Of a stretch of 62,421 nt of DNA, positions 26,741-36,901 are shown one piece after another. The notes beneath the pieces are model-generated. The model was given only the letters and a program-made list of their open reading frames with translations, was not told the origin of the DNA and searched no databases. Source of the stretch: a virus. Taxonomy: Duplodnaviria > Caudoviricetes. Both the position numbers and the translations under genes were made by a program. The stretch is from IMG/VR virus record IMGVR_UViG_3300033508_000392, positions 1-62,421 of that record. One strand, given 5' to 3'. Within the stretch, counting starts at the first letter, position 1; every line of letters starts with the position of its first letter.

Positions 26741-28936
26741 ATGATTCTAAACCAAGATACACCAGACGTTCAAACTAACGTTACAAATAAAAGTAAAGAA
26801 TTTACAATTAAGACTACGGCTAAAGCCTTTAAGATTTTGAGTTCTGGTCTTTATTCTGATAAGATCAAGGCCATTATTCGTGAATTGTCATGTAATGCTT
26901 GGGATTCTCATAAATCTGCCAGGAATAAAAATCCCTTCTTTGTTCATCTCCCTGGTTCTTTGGAGCCATGGTTTTCTGTCCGTGACTTTGGTATTGGTTT
27001 GTCGGAAGAGGATGTGATGAATCTCTACTCCACTTACTTCGAAAGTACCAAAACCAACTCCAATGATCAGATTGGTGCTCTTGGTCTTGGTTCCAAGAGT
27101 CCATTCTCCTATACTGACTCCTTCAACGTTACTTCGATTTTTGATGGTTTTACTAAAACCTACACGGCCTTCATTGATAAAAGTGGTACTCCCTCCATTG
27201 TTAAGATTCATGAAGAAGAGAGTGGTGAGCACAACGGTCTCGAGATTAAGTTTGCTGTTGACAAGCAAGATTTTGATGAATTTGCTAAGAAGGCTGGAGT
27301 TGTCTTCCGTGTCTTTACAGCGAAGCCCACTGTTGTTGGCAATACCCGTTACACCAGTTATGAGCAAACCATGGAAAGGGTTCTTGAGGGCAAGGGTTGG
27401 TTTTTCTACAAGACCAGCTTCTACAACTCTGAAAAGTGCATGGCTCTTCAAGGTAATATTGAATATCCAATTGATCATAACCAGCTTGGTGAATTGACCA
27501 ACCAGCAGAAGTTTGTTGTTGAGAATAAATTCTATCTTGATTTTAAAATTGGTGAGTTGGACATTGCTGCAAGCCGCGAAGGTCTCGGTTATGATGAACC
27601 CACAGTTGCCAACATCAAGATTGCTCTTGATAGAGCTTATTCTGAATTTGCTGGAAAGTTGAAGAAGAAGATTGACGTCTCTAAGACACTCTGGGATGCT
27701 CACATTACTGCTGTCAAGCTGATGAACAATATGGATTTGCGCTATCATCATACCTCCCATCTCCAGATTAGTTGGAAGGGTAAGAAACTTACCCTTAATG
27801 AACAAATGACCTACTACTTCTCCAAGTGGGGCCAGCTTGTTGATGGTAAGAAGACTGTTGACATTCTTGATTCAAAGCTCAAGATTGTTAGCTTCCGTAT
27901 GGATACCTATAGCCGTGCAAGCCGTGTTAGCCGCTCAGATGATTATAGTGCTGATGATGATGATTACGAATCAAGAGTCAGTATCCATCCTTCCAATGAG
28001 GTTCATTTTGTTGTGAATGATGAGCCCAATGAGAAGGAGAGTAAGGTTGTTCGCAAGGCTCGTCAGGTTGCCAAGAATAATAGAGGACACTACGTCTATC
28101 TTCTCAATAGCATGAGTAAGAAGTTCTTTACTGCCATGGGTAATCCTGAATACACCCTTTCCTCTACCATCGTCCTTGAGAAGCCTGTGCGTAAGAATGG
28201 CAAGTCCTCAATGCCTGAAGATTACTTCAAGATCAACAACACCTCATTTGACAATTTTGCTTTTGATAACATTGATGAGAGTCTTGATTCCAGGGAAGGA
28301 AACTTCTACCTCCACAAGGTGAGAGAGAAGTTTGTTTGGGGTGAACAAGATTACAGCCATATGGACCTTGCCAATCTCTTCAACTTCCTTAAGAAGATTG
28401 GAGCAGTTGCAGCTGATAAGTCCCTCTTAGCTATTCGTCCTGCTGAGACTTCCCTGAAGCGTTTCTCCACCCTCAAGTGGATTGACTTCATTGCTTTTGC
28501 AGCTGAGGCTGTTAAGAAGTATATTGGGGAGAATGCTGATACTATCAAGGCTCCTATTATCATTGAGAAGAGGAAGGAGTTTATTGAGAGTAAAATGGAT
28601 TACTATGTTCGTGAGAAAATGATTAGCGAGCTCAAGGATCATGAAGTTGAGTATCCTGCAACCTCCTGCTTTATGAATGTAGCAAGAATTGTTGCTAAGT
28701 CAAGGGATGCTGCTCATGATAACAAACAAGCTATCAATGATACCCGTCATATTATGAGTATGGCTAACATCCTTGGTATTAACATCCAAACAAAGTTGGA
28801 GTTTAGTCTGGATGATGTTGATTACATGAAAACCTACCCCATGTTGGAATTAACCAACAGTAGTTGGAATTATAGAGACAAATTTGATGTCATCAGAACA
28901 TATATTATTATGGTCGATAAGAGTAAGGAGGAATAA
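26741..28936 (+). CDS. rIIA: rIIA-like protein (N-terminal GHKL/HATPase domain)
   Basis: KAFKILSSGLYSDKIKAIIRELSCNAWDSH, RDFGIGLS, STK..SNDQIGALGLGSKSPFSY, SREGL. Confidence 0.9.
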   Translation: MILNQDTPDVQTNVTNKSKEFTIKTTAKAFKILSSGLYSDKIKAIIRELSCNAWDSHKSARNKNPFFVHLPGSLEPWFSVRDFGIGLSEEDVMNLYSTYFESTKTNSNDQIGALGLGSKSPFSYTDSFNVTSIFDGFTKTYTAFIDKSGTPSIVKIHEEESGEHNGLEIKFAVDKQDFDEFAKKAGVVFRVFTAKPTVVGNTRYTSYEQTMERVLEGKGWFFYKTSFYNSEKCMALQGNIEYPIDHNQLGELTNQQKFVVENKFYLDFKIGELDIAASREGLGYDEPTVANIKIALDRAYSEFAGKLKKKIDVSKTLWDAHITAVKLMNNMDLRYHHTSHLQISWKGKKLTLNEQMTYYFSKWGQLVDGKKTVDILDSKLKIVSFRMDTYSRASRVSRSDDYSADDDDYESRVSIHPSNEVHFVVNDEPNEKESKVVRKARQVAKNNRGHYVYLLNSMSKKFFTAMGNPEYTLSSTIVLEKPVRKNGKSSMPEDYFKINNTSFDNFAFDNIDESLDSREGNFYLHKVREKFVWGEQDYSHMDLANLFNFLKKIGAVAADKSLLAIRPAETSLKRFSTLKWIDFIAFAAEAVKKYIGENADTIKAPIIIEKRKEFIESKMDYYVREKMISELKDHEVEYPATSCFMNVARIVAKSRDAAHDNKQAINDTRHIMSMANILGINIQTKLEFSLDDVDYMKTYPMLELTNSSWNYRDKFDVIRTYIIMVDKSKEE

Positions 28937-29977
28937 ATGGGTGTTGCATATGTTGTGACTGGTAGTGCAGTCAATTTGACGATTGATGGAAAGGTCAACG
29001 TCATTCACAAGTCACATGCTAATTATAGCAAGGTGATTGAAATGTTGAAATCGGGTGATATCAGCCAGGATAAGCTTGAACTGCTCATGTCTCCTGCTAA
29101 GAAGATCAATGAGTTTGGTAAGGGGAAGCTGAAGGTCAAGGATAGTGTTGTTGTCTATGTCAATGACCAGGATGAGGTCAAGGTCACTGTTGATAACTCT
29201 CTCATCAAGCGTATTGAGACTATGATGGAAGAGGGCTTCGAGGTTGGCCCACTTGTTCTCTTCTTTGAGAACCTGATGCTCAATACCTCATCTCACTCTG
29301 TTCGTGGTCTCTATCGTTTCTTGGAGAACAACGAACTCCCACTCACCGATGATGGTCACTTCCTTGCTTATAAGAAGGTGCGTGCCAACTACAAAGATGT
29401 TCATACCAACACCTTTGATAACAGTATTGGTAAGGTTGTTGAAATGTTGCGTAATCAGGTTGATGAGGACTACACCCGCACCTGTTCCACTGGTTTGCAC
29501 TTTGCCTCACTCTCCTATGCTAAGGATTTCTACTCCCGCCATGATGCTGATGACCACCTCATCATTGTCAAGATTAATCCTAAGGACGTAGTTGCCTTCC
29601 CCAATGACTATAAGAATGCCAAGGGGAGAGCCTGCCGTTATGAGGTAATTGGTGAGGTTAAGAATGATGGAATGGAACGTCTCCTCAGCAACTTCCAGGG
29701 ATTGCAGGATATTGACCAGCTCCAGAAGTTGTTTGACTTTGTTCGCAGCGTTGTTGAGAAGCACACTCCAAAGGGAGAGGATGGAAAGCCAACCATCAGC
29801 TTCAAGCTCAATGATACCTTGGTCAATTATGGATTGCACAAGGAGAGAGTGAGAGATGTTATCAATGACGTTCGTGCTGAGTACAACATCACTACTGAGC
29901 TGACTGATACCAGCGTCACCTCCATCTATAAGTTGGTCAATTTTATCACCAAGGAAGTTGACTTCTCTAAGCGCTAA
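28937..29977 (+). CDS. rIIB: rIIB-like protein
   Basis: LYRFLE...LTDDGHFLAYKKV, CSTGLH, VKINPKDVV..P.DY..AKGRACRYEV; follows rIIA. Confidence 0.9.
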   Translation: MGVAYVVTGSAVNLTIDGKVNVIHKSHANYSKVIEMLKSGDISQDKLELLMSPAKKINEFGKGKLKVKDSVVVYVNDQDEVKVTVDNSLIKRIETMMEEGFEVGPLVLFFENLMLNTSSHSVRGLYRFLENNELPLTDDGHFLAYKKVRANYKDVHTNTFDNSIGKVVEMLRNQVDEDYTRTCSTGLHFASLSYAKDFYSRHDADDHLIIVKINPKDVVAFPNDYKNAKGRACRYEVIGEVKNDGMERLLSNFQGLQDIDQLQKLFDFVRSVVEKHTPKGEDGKPTISFKLNDTLVNYGLHKERVRDVINDVRAEYNITTELTDTSVTSIYKLVNFITKEVDFSKR

Positions 29978-29995
29978 CCTTTAACAAAGGAGGAG

Positions 29996-30023
29996 AAGGT
30001 GCAGCGAAAGTTGCACCTTTTTT
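29996..30023 (+). terminator. Intrinsic terminator after rIIB
   Basis: AAGGTGCAGC-GAAA-GTTGCACCTT followed by TTTT. Confidence 0.8.
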
Positions 30024-30025
30024 AT

Positions 30026-30928
30026 ATGAGCCGTTCTATACAGGTAAGACATAGACAGAAGATACTCAAAATGAAGCAAGAGAAGGCTGAAGATAGAGCT
30101 GCTGTTGTTTTTGCCAAGGCTCTTCTCTCTGGTGATAAGCAGGTCTCGTGTAACAGTTGTATCTTCAGAGAAGGTATTATGTTTGATAAATTTTATGATA
30201 CTAAGAATGAAGAAAGCTGGGTCATACCAAAAGCTGGTATAGAACCAATAATGGTGGATGCCAACAGAGGTTATTCCAAGAAGGTGAATATGGTTAGAGG
30301 GAGAGATTGGGATTATCCTCACTACGTATGTGTCTGTAAGATAAATATAAAGAAGAGATGTTTTCAAACCCCTTTACCTAAAGAAGGTTTCTGTGGTCAC
30401 TTTAAACCCAAGGAGATAATAATAAGATGATAGCAACATGGCTTGTGACTAACGAGTGTACTGAACCCGTAACTGATATAGAGTTACAAAACCTGCTAAT
30501 TAAAGTTAATAAAACTTTTGATAACAAATATCTTCTCTCTGAAATTGTAGAAACAAAGGGATGGCTTAGAAAGAGAAAAATCTATAATTATGCACTCTAT
30601 TGGAATACTCTGGGAAATGAATATCAATGTATAGATTTTTATACTGCTGAAGATTATAAAAGTTACGGTATAAGTGCTACAGTCATCGCGGCATATTTCT
30701 ATGGGCTACTAAATGGGAGAAAAAATGACTAGTTTACAAATCACAATTGAAGAATTTGAACTTGATGGAAAGCAGAAGGTCAATGTTCGTATTCACAATT
30801 ACAGAGCAGATGACGCTACAGAAAGTGAGAAGAAGGAAGCTGATAGATTGGAACCTCTCATCCTTGATGTTTTAATGAATAATATCAAAAATCCAACTCT
30901 CTATCAGAAATCCTCCTGGGAGGAATAA
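30026..30928 (+). other. Three small hypothetical ORFs (about 30026-30430, 30427-30732, about 30725-30928)
   Basis: Tiled, coupled ORFs. Confidence 0.6.
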
Positions 30929-31344
30929 TGGAATTTGACGACCTACACCAAGAAATAATCCGTGACCACTACAAACATCCACGTAACAAAAAACCTCTCT
31001 CCCACCTGAAGGCATTTGAAAACCCATCCTGTGGTGATACGGTCAAAATTGACCTCTCAGAAACAGACCACATTACCTCTGTCTACTTTGATGGCTCAGG
31101 CTGTTCCATTTCCATGTGTTCCGCCTCGATGATGTCTGAATTGTTGACTGGCAAGAGTATTGATGATGCTAAGGTGATTGTCGGCCGCTTCCTCTCTGTT
31201 ATTATGGGTCAAGAACCTATCGAGATTCTAGAAGATTATGGTGATTTGGTTGCCTTAAGCGGTGTTATCAATCTACCTGTAAGAGCCAAATGTGCCACCT
31301 TGGCCTGGAATGCTGCTCAACAGATTTTAAATGATTACAAATAA
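30928..31344 (+). CDS. sufU: SUF-system NifU/SufU-type Fe-S assembly protein
   Basis: IIRDHYKHPRN, NPSCGD, GCSISMCSASMM, RAKCATLAWNA. Confidence 0.9.
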   Translation: MEFDDLHQEIIRDHYKHPRNKKPLSHLKAFENPSCGDTVKIDLSETDHITSVYFDGSGCSISMCSASMMSELLTGKSIDDAKVIVGRFLSVIMGQEPIEILEDYGDLVALSGVINLPVRAKCATLAWNAAQQILNDYK

Positions 31345-31963
31345 TAACTATCCAACACCAGAATACTATACTCTCGAGTTTACTAAAATAAGTGAGAAGG
31401 TGGATTACTTTCTCAAGAGTGAATATGTTTTTAGAGTTGTTGATGTATCTAAGGGTGGTGGCAATAGCATCTCCTTTTCGGTCAAGGGAACAGATGTATT
31501 TGATAAGTGGATGAGATATGCTCAAGATTATGTTGTGAGTAAAAATAATAATGGTGTATATGATAGCAATAAATTCAAGTGTGATATTTCTATAACTGGT
31601 GGTCGGGGTATATTCACCTTTTCTGGCGTCTGGCCACGCTCAATATCATATAATGAGAATAATCAAGTTGTTGAATTGATGTTTGACAGTCTTACCATTC
31701 CAGCAACTGAAGTGAAAGTTGATGTCACCAATCTCAAACCTAAAAAGGCTCTTAAAAAAGTAGAAGCAATCAAAAAAGCTTACGAGGATGATGTCAAACA
31801 GAAGTATGTTGAGAGTAGAGAGGATGTAAAAACTAAAGTTGAAGTTGACCCTGATTATATAGCTGCTATGAAGGAGCTGGAAGAGGAGTTGAAACTCTCC
31901 TCGTCTGAAGCTTGGGATAAAAAGTTGAAAGAGACTTTGGATAAATCAAACACCACGGTATAA
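31331..31963 (+). CDS. Hypothetical protein (weak resemblance to gp19-like tail-tube proteins in the N-terminal half)
   Basis: FTFSGVWPRSISY...ELMFD. Confidence 0.5.
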   Translation: MITNNNYPTPEYYTLEFTKISEKVDYFLKSEYVFRVVDVSKGGGNSISFSVKGTDVFDKWMRYAQDYVVSKNNNGVYDSNKFKCDISITGGRGIFTFSGVWPRSISYNENNQVVELMFDSLTIPATEVKVDVTNLKPKKALKKVEAIKKAYEDDVKQKYVESREDVKTKVEVDPDYIAAMKELEEELKLSSSEAWDKKLKETLDKSNTTV

Positions 31964-31964
31964 T
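31936..31964 (+). promoter_or_regulatory. Promoter TTTGGA-N17-TATAAT
   Basis: Motif copy with 17-nt spacer. Confidence 0.75.
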
Positions 31965-31982
31965 ATCAGCAAGAGGTTATCG

Positions 31983-32847
31983 ATGTTTGGAAAAAATAAA
32001 CGTGTTATTTTCGAAACTCTCAAGGCTGATATGGAAGAGAGTATCAGGATGTGGAAAATGGCTCAGAATGAAGGTTGGGCAGAGGATAGTCATATGTGTC
32101 TCAGGTACATTGACCGGCTTGATCACTCTACGACTATTGCCCGGGGTCTACTCCATGAAGAAAAAATTACCCATGACCAATACCGTGCTCTCTACCAGGT
32201 TGATATGGACTTTATCACCTGGCGCAAAGAGAATATCAAATGGGTAACTCAGTTTGTTGATGATGTTAAAAGGGGAGAAATGCAGCAGCGGTATGAAGAA
32301 AGTCAGCGTGCTCAAGCTGAAGGTCTTAGCCAACTTCTTGGTGCTATTTTTGGTACCCAAATTTTTACTCAAGAAGATGAAGATGAAAAAAATTGATGCT
32401 AAATTGCAAAGACTTACCAATGCCATTTCTACTCTGAGGGCAGCTGCTCTGTTTTTTGAGTCCAGGAATATTGTTAGTCTTGAGTTGGACAACCTTACCC
32501 TAACAGCAGCCTATTGGTGGTTTGGTCAATCTCCCAAAGATGGTGATACCATCCTCGATCAGGAATTAGAATTAGTACGGAAATATGATCTCCACAACAT
32601 CATGGAGTTTAATGTTTTCAACGGCAACCAAATTAAGATGAGTTTAAAGTAAGGAGGAAAAATGAACCGTTTTCACGAAGTCTTTCTTAGGAAGTTAATG
32701 GAGCTTTCAAAAGAACATGGTTTTATCATTACAGAAGGTGGCCTTATTGAACCGATTGGTGATTGGGTAGAGCCTGGTAAAGCTTGGAATTATACAGCAG
32801 ATGAAACGCCTGATGGTGTTAAGCTGACAGGTATTGAGGTTCATTGA
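31983..32847 (+). other. Three hypothetical ORFs (31983-32396, about 32383-32652, 32662-32847)
   Basis: Tiled ORFs with SD motifs between a promoter and a terminator. Confidence 0.6.
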
Positions 32848-32848
32848 T

Positions 32849-32876
32849 GAAAGGCTCTCTTCGGAGAGCCTTTTTT
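32849..32876. terminator. Bidirectional intrinsic terminator with UUCG tetraloop
   Basis: AAAGGCTCTC-TTCG-GAGAGCC followed by TTTTTT, between convergent genes. Confidence 0.88.
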
Positions 32877-33138
32877 ATTTGGCTCTGAATAAACCAGATA
32901 TGAATTCATGATATCCTGGAAAAGGAAAGGCATACCTGTAGGTAAGGCCTCTATCTTCCCAATCATCTTTGGTTGTATCTTCTTGTACTATTATAACATC
33001 ACCATTAGACCGAAAGGTGAGCAGATAATATTCAATTATAGTATTATCTTTATAGTAAGTAAAGAGTAGAAAATTGGAGCTCATACTAGCTACATCAATT
33101 TTGTATAATTTATCAACTTCAATTTCTTCAAAGGTCAT
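32875..33138 (-). CDS. Hypothetical protein
   Basis: Minus-strand ORF; AAGATAA 4 nt before ATG 33138. Confidence 0.55.
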   Translation of the reverse strand: MTFEEIEVDKLYKIDVASMSSNFLLFTYYKDNTIIEYYLLTFRSNGDVIIVQEDTTKDDWEDRGLTYRYAFPFPGYHEFISGLFRAK

Positions 33139-33183
33139 GCATTTATCTTGTATGATTAGCATAATTAGTTGCAGAGGTGAAAT

Positions 33184-33651
33184 ATGGAAAGGTTTACATT
33201 CTTCTGGTCAGGTCCATTTAGTCAATGGCATCCTTCCAGTTTTGAAGCTGAAGACAAGAAATTTAACTGTGCAGAACAATATATGATGTATAAGAAGGCC
33301 GAATTCTTTGGAGATATAGAAACGGCTCAAAAAATTATGGAGACATCAAATCCAAAAACTCAAAAAGCTCTTGGTCGCCAGGTTGATGGCTTTGATAAGG
33401 ATAGATGGGACGATGTTGCAAGGGGTTTTGTTTACATGGGTAATCATTATAAGTTTACACAAAACAAAGAACTCTTAAGGAAACTAATGGAAACTGAATA
33501 TACTACACTGGTTGAAGCTTCTCCCGTAGATACTATATGGGGAATTGGTCTTTCTGAAGATGACCCGCGTTCTTGGCATAGAGAAACATGGAGGGGAAGT
33601 AATTGGCTTGGTGAAATACTGACTAAACTAAGGGAGGATTTGAGTAAATGA
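33184..33651 (+). CDS. NADAR (YbiA-like) family protein
   Basis: FSQWHPS, AEQYMMYKKA, KALGRQV, KFTQN, LVEASPVDTIWGIG, GSNWLGEIL. Confidence 0.92.
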   Translation: MERFTFFWSGPFSQWHPSSFEAEDKKFNCAEQYMMYKKAEFFGDIETAQKIMETSNPKTQKALGRQVDGFDKDRWDDVARGFVYMGNHYKFTQNKELLRKLMETEYTTLVEASPVDTIWGIGLSEDDPRSWHRETWRGSNWLGEILTKLREDLSK

Positions 33652-34396
33652 TTTTTATATCTGCTCGTAAATGTCTTCTTTGCGGAGATGCTGTCTACAG
33701 CCGTGCAAATTATGACTATAGAAGTTGTTATTGCGGTAATGTTTCTGTAGATGGCGGGTCAATGCTTAAGGATGAATTTGGAAAAATAAGTGGTGAAGTT
33801 TACGGGAGAATTATTGTTCACGATATGTCAAAATCGGAACTTACTGAAATAGCATTAGATATAAATACACCAAACCTAAAAGATGCATTAAAAATTATGT
33901 ACGATGATTGGAACAAGAACACTAATAATTATGGTCTTGTAAGAGATAAGAGTTATACGGATGATGAAAGAGCTGTTTTAAAGGCAAAGGATATTTTAAT
34001 AAGATGAAGAAACTAATAATAGGTGTTAAAGCCTTTAAGTGTACAATGTGTGGTGATGCTGTTTATGGAAGAGCAAAATATAGTAATGATGAAATTAGCT
34101 GTTATTGTGGCAATCTCACTGCACATAGTGGCTGCTGCTTTTCTCACCATGGTAAAATCCTTGGAAGTGATAGATTTGATTTTGAGGTCAAGTTCCCACA
34201 AACGGCTCGTATTTGTAATGTTTACTTAAAGATTAAACCCATGCCTTATTCAAAAATAGAAAAGATGTTTTATGATGATTACAAAACTAAAAGAAATAAA
34301 TATGGTAGATGGATAGATTCAGAATTTGATCAGCAGTTGAGAATAACCTCAAAGGCCAAAATGGACTTAATACGTGAACCTAAGACAGATAATTGA
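33648..34396 (+). other. Tandem paralogous Cys-rich ORFs (33648-34007, 34004-34396)
   Basis: Both have C..CGDAVY...SCYCGN and a C-terminal KAK..LIR. Confidence 0.7.
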
Positions 34397-34890
34397 AGGT
34401 AGTATATTCAACAGGTGGTGGATGGATGACAAACATGACTTCATCTATCCCTATAGATGGGGTAGACACTCTTCATCAAGTATGAAATGTCATTTTATTT
34501 ATAAAACAAACAAATCAATGTTTGAAAAAGATTTCAAAAATTCAACTGATGAAATGGTTTGGGTGTTCGGAGAGAAGTCAATAGCTGTTAATTGGGAATC
34601 AATTGATAAAGAGTTTATAAAGGTGGATGATGAACAGGCAACGTCCTTAAATGCCATTATAGCCAAGAAGATGCTATTAGGAGAAATTGATGGTTGATAA
34701 AGAAGCAAGATTTGTTCTCATCTATGGTATGACTAAGAAGGAATATCAAGAGAAGGAATTTAATTTCTACATGGACAATGTTGGATCTCTGGCCCAGGGT
34801 GGTACAGCTACAGACATTAAGGTAATAGAAGCTCTTTATAAACACATGGAGGACAATCTAAATAAGGTGGGTATAAAAATTGGAGAATGA
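34374..34890 (+). other. Two small hypothetical ORFs (34374-34697, 34687-34890)
   Basis: Tiled ORFs. Confidence 0.55.
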
Positions 34891-35046
34891 AGATGTTGAA
34901 AAGTTGGTTGAGAAGAAGGTAAAAGAACAACTTGAGAAGATGGATAATGAGGGTGCTAAATTTGCTCTTGTTAATGGTATAACCATAGAACAATATTTAA
35001 CATCATTATTTAACAAGGGTGGAGAAATTGGTATATCCTCCAGGGG

Positions 35047-35571
35047 ATGGAAATGAAAATTATACAATTATTTGCAGGTCCTGGTGCAGGTAAAAGTGCA
35101 CTTGCTTATAAATTGGCTGGTGAAATGAAGGCTCGTGGTATAAACTGCGAACTCGTAACTGAGGTAGCAAAAGATGTAACATGGGAGAAAAACTTCCATC
35201 AACTAAGTAATCAATTTTTTATAGTCGCTAAACAGTTTGATAGGATAAGACGTCTTGAGGATAAAGTAGATTATATTATTACAGATGCGGGTCTTTTACA
35301 AAATATTCCTTACTTTAAAGATGAAAGATATAAGGTTGAGTTGTCAGAGATAATGTGTAAGTTACATCGTTCATATAAAACTATAAATTTCTTTGTTCAT
35401 CGTTTGGAAGGATTTGATGCCAATGGTAGAAAGGAAGATTTAGAAGAATCAGTAAAAATAGATGAAGATACTATGAAGATTTTAAAAAGTGAAAAAGTGT
35501 TATTTAAGGATATAACTCCAGATACAAGTGTAGATGATCTTATAAGTATGATAGAGACATATAATGAATAA
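35047..35571 (+). CDS. P-loop kinase/NTPase (NadR-kinase-like AAA_28 type)
   Basis: GPGAGKS, ELVTEVAKD, YIITD. Confidence 0.75.
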   Translation: MEMKIIQLFAGPGAGKSALAYKLAGEMKARGINCELVTEVAKDVTWEKNFHQLSNQFFIVAKQFDRIRRLEDKVDYIITDAGLLQNIPYFKDERYKVELSEIMCKLHRSYKTINFFVHRLEGFDANGRKEDLEESVKIDEDTMKILKSEKVLFKDITPDTSVDDLISMIETYNE

Positions 35572-36241
35572 TTTTGCCCTAAAGACAGGTGATGGGGATT
35601 TTGAAACTAAAGTATTACATTACGCCTGTGTGATGGAACCAGATACTTACTCAATAAAGAGATTTAATAGAGCTGAAGATGTTCCCTCAGACTACATCAC
35701 ATTTGGTAATATAGATTGGGTTACAGATTGTTTAGGTAAAGTTCCTACCCCAGACTACTATCCCGATTTTGTCAAACATCTCCTCAGAAGGAAAGTTTGG
35801 AAGGAAGAGAATTGGCCAATGCATTTAAAGGAAAGTGTTTTCATAAAACCATTTGACAAACCAAAACGTTATCAACATATAATAACAAGACCTGGTTCTT
35901 ATAAAGGCAAGAAGAAGGGACCTCACTGGTGTTCTGAAATAATTAAATTTGGTAATGAATGGAGATTGTATGTTCAAGACGGAAGAATAGTATATAGCGG
36001 ATGGTATTATCCAGAACCAGGTCCAGATGTAAGTTGTCCTCAAGAATATATAGATGAAATACAGGATTGTATCCCAAGTGGGTGGTGTGGAAGCATAGAT
36101 ATTGGTGAGTATAACGGGAAATTAACTCTTGTAGAATGCGGGGAGCCATACGGCACAGGATTTTATGGTCCAATAACAGACGGAAAAATATACGCTGATT
36201 GGTCATTCGCTGGATGGAAATGGATAAAGGAGCATATGTGA
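35564..36241 (+). CDS. ATP-grasp domain protein (R2K-like)
   Basis: PDYYP, VFIKP, EWRLYV, DIG...LVE. Confidence 0.65.
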   Translation: MNNFALKTGDGDFETKVLHYACVMEPDTYSIKRFNRAEDVPSDYITFGNIDWVTDCLGKVPTPDYYPDFVKHLLRRKVWKEENWPMHLKESVFIKPFDKPKRYQHIITRPGSYKGKKKGPHWCSEIIKFGNEWRLYVQDGRIVYSGWYYPEPGPDVSCPQEYIDEIQDCIPSGWCGSIDIGEYNGKLTLVECGEPYGTGFYGPITDGKIYADWSFAGWKWIKEHM

Positions 36242-36410
36242 ATTTAGTAACAACTGAAGATTATGAAGAAGAATTTGATGGTCTATGGGCTGGCAGTTTT
36301 ATCCATAATGTCATTCTTAAGGATGGATTTTATACTGGAATATGGGCGAGCCAAATGGGTATATATAGGGTGAGTGTTCCCCATGAAATTTGTAAAGTAA
36401 AAGAAGACAA

Positions 36411-36794
36411 ATGAAATTAGGTTTGGATATTCATGGTGTTTTAGATAGTAATCCAGATTTTGTTACATTGGCTATAAACACCAGAGCCGTGGGAGGTGAA
36501 GTACATATTATAACCGGTTCCTCTTATGACGAGGATTTAAACTTCCTCCTCCTCAGTTTGAGTAAAGGTGTTGTCTTTTGGGATTATCTCATCTCTGTTC
36601 AAGATGAATTGGCCAAGGTGATGCCGCATTCCTATATTGATAAACATGGTCGACCTTGTTGGGATGATGATGTATGGGATGCATTTAAGGGAGGATATTG
36701 CGACAGAAACAATATAGATGTTCACTATGATGATACTGAAAGATATGGCCAGTACTTCACCAAGACAACATTTATATTATACAAGAGTATTTAA
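36411..36794 (+). CDS. HAD-like hydrolase
   Basis: GLDIHGVL, IITG, K...HYDD. Confidence 0.65.
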   Translation: MKLGLDIHGVLDSNPDFVTLAINTRAVGGEVHIITGSSYDEDLNFLLLSLSKGVVFWDYLISVQDELAKVMPHSYIDKHGRPCWDDDVWDAFKGGYCDRNNIDVHYDDTERYGQYFTKTTFILYKSI

Positions 36795-36901
36795 TTTAAT
36801 GAAATTGCTATAATAATAAAAATGTAATTTAAAAAAGTTTTCTTATTTTTAAAATAAACTTGGTTTATATAAACAAGATAAGAATATAAAGTTAGATATC
36901 T

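Noticed and set aside
5497-27805. Long antisense or alternative-frame ORFs (e.g. 5497-6225, 12241-13332, 19769-20764, 24054-24740, 25070-25858, 26888-27805)
   Set aside because: Shadows of well-supported plus-strand genes caused by codon bias; no motifs or SD.
2547-31344. Assigning a host (ClpA, NadE and SufU reminded me of spirochaete or Firmicutes proteins)
   Set aside because: Impression from memory only; needs phylogenetic analysis.
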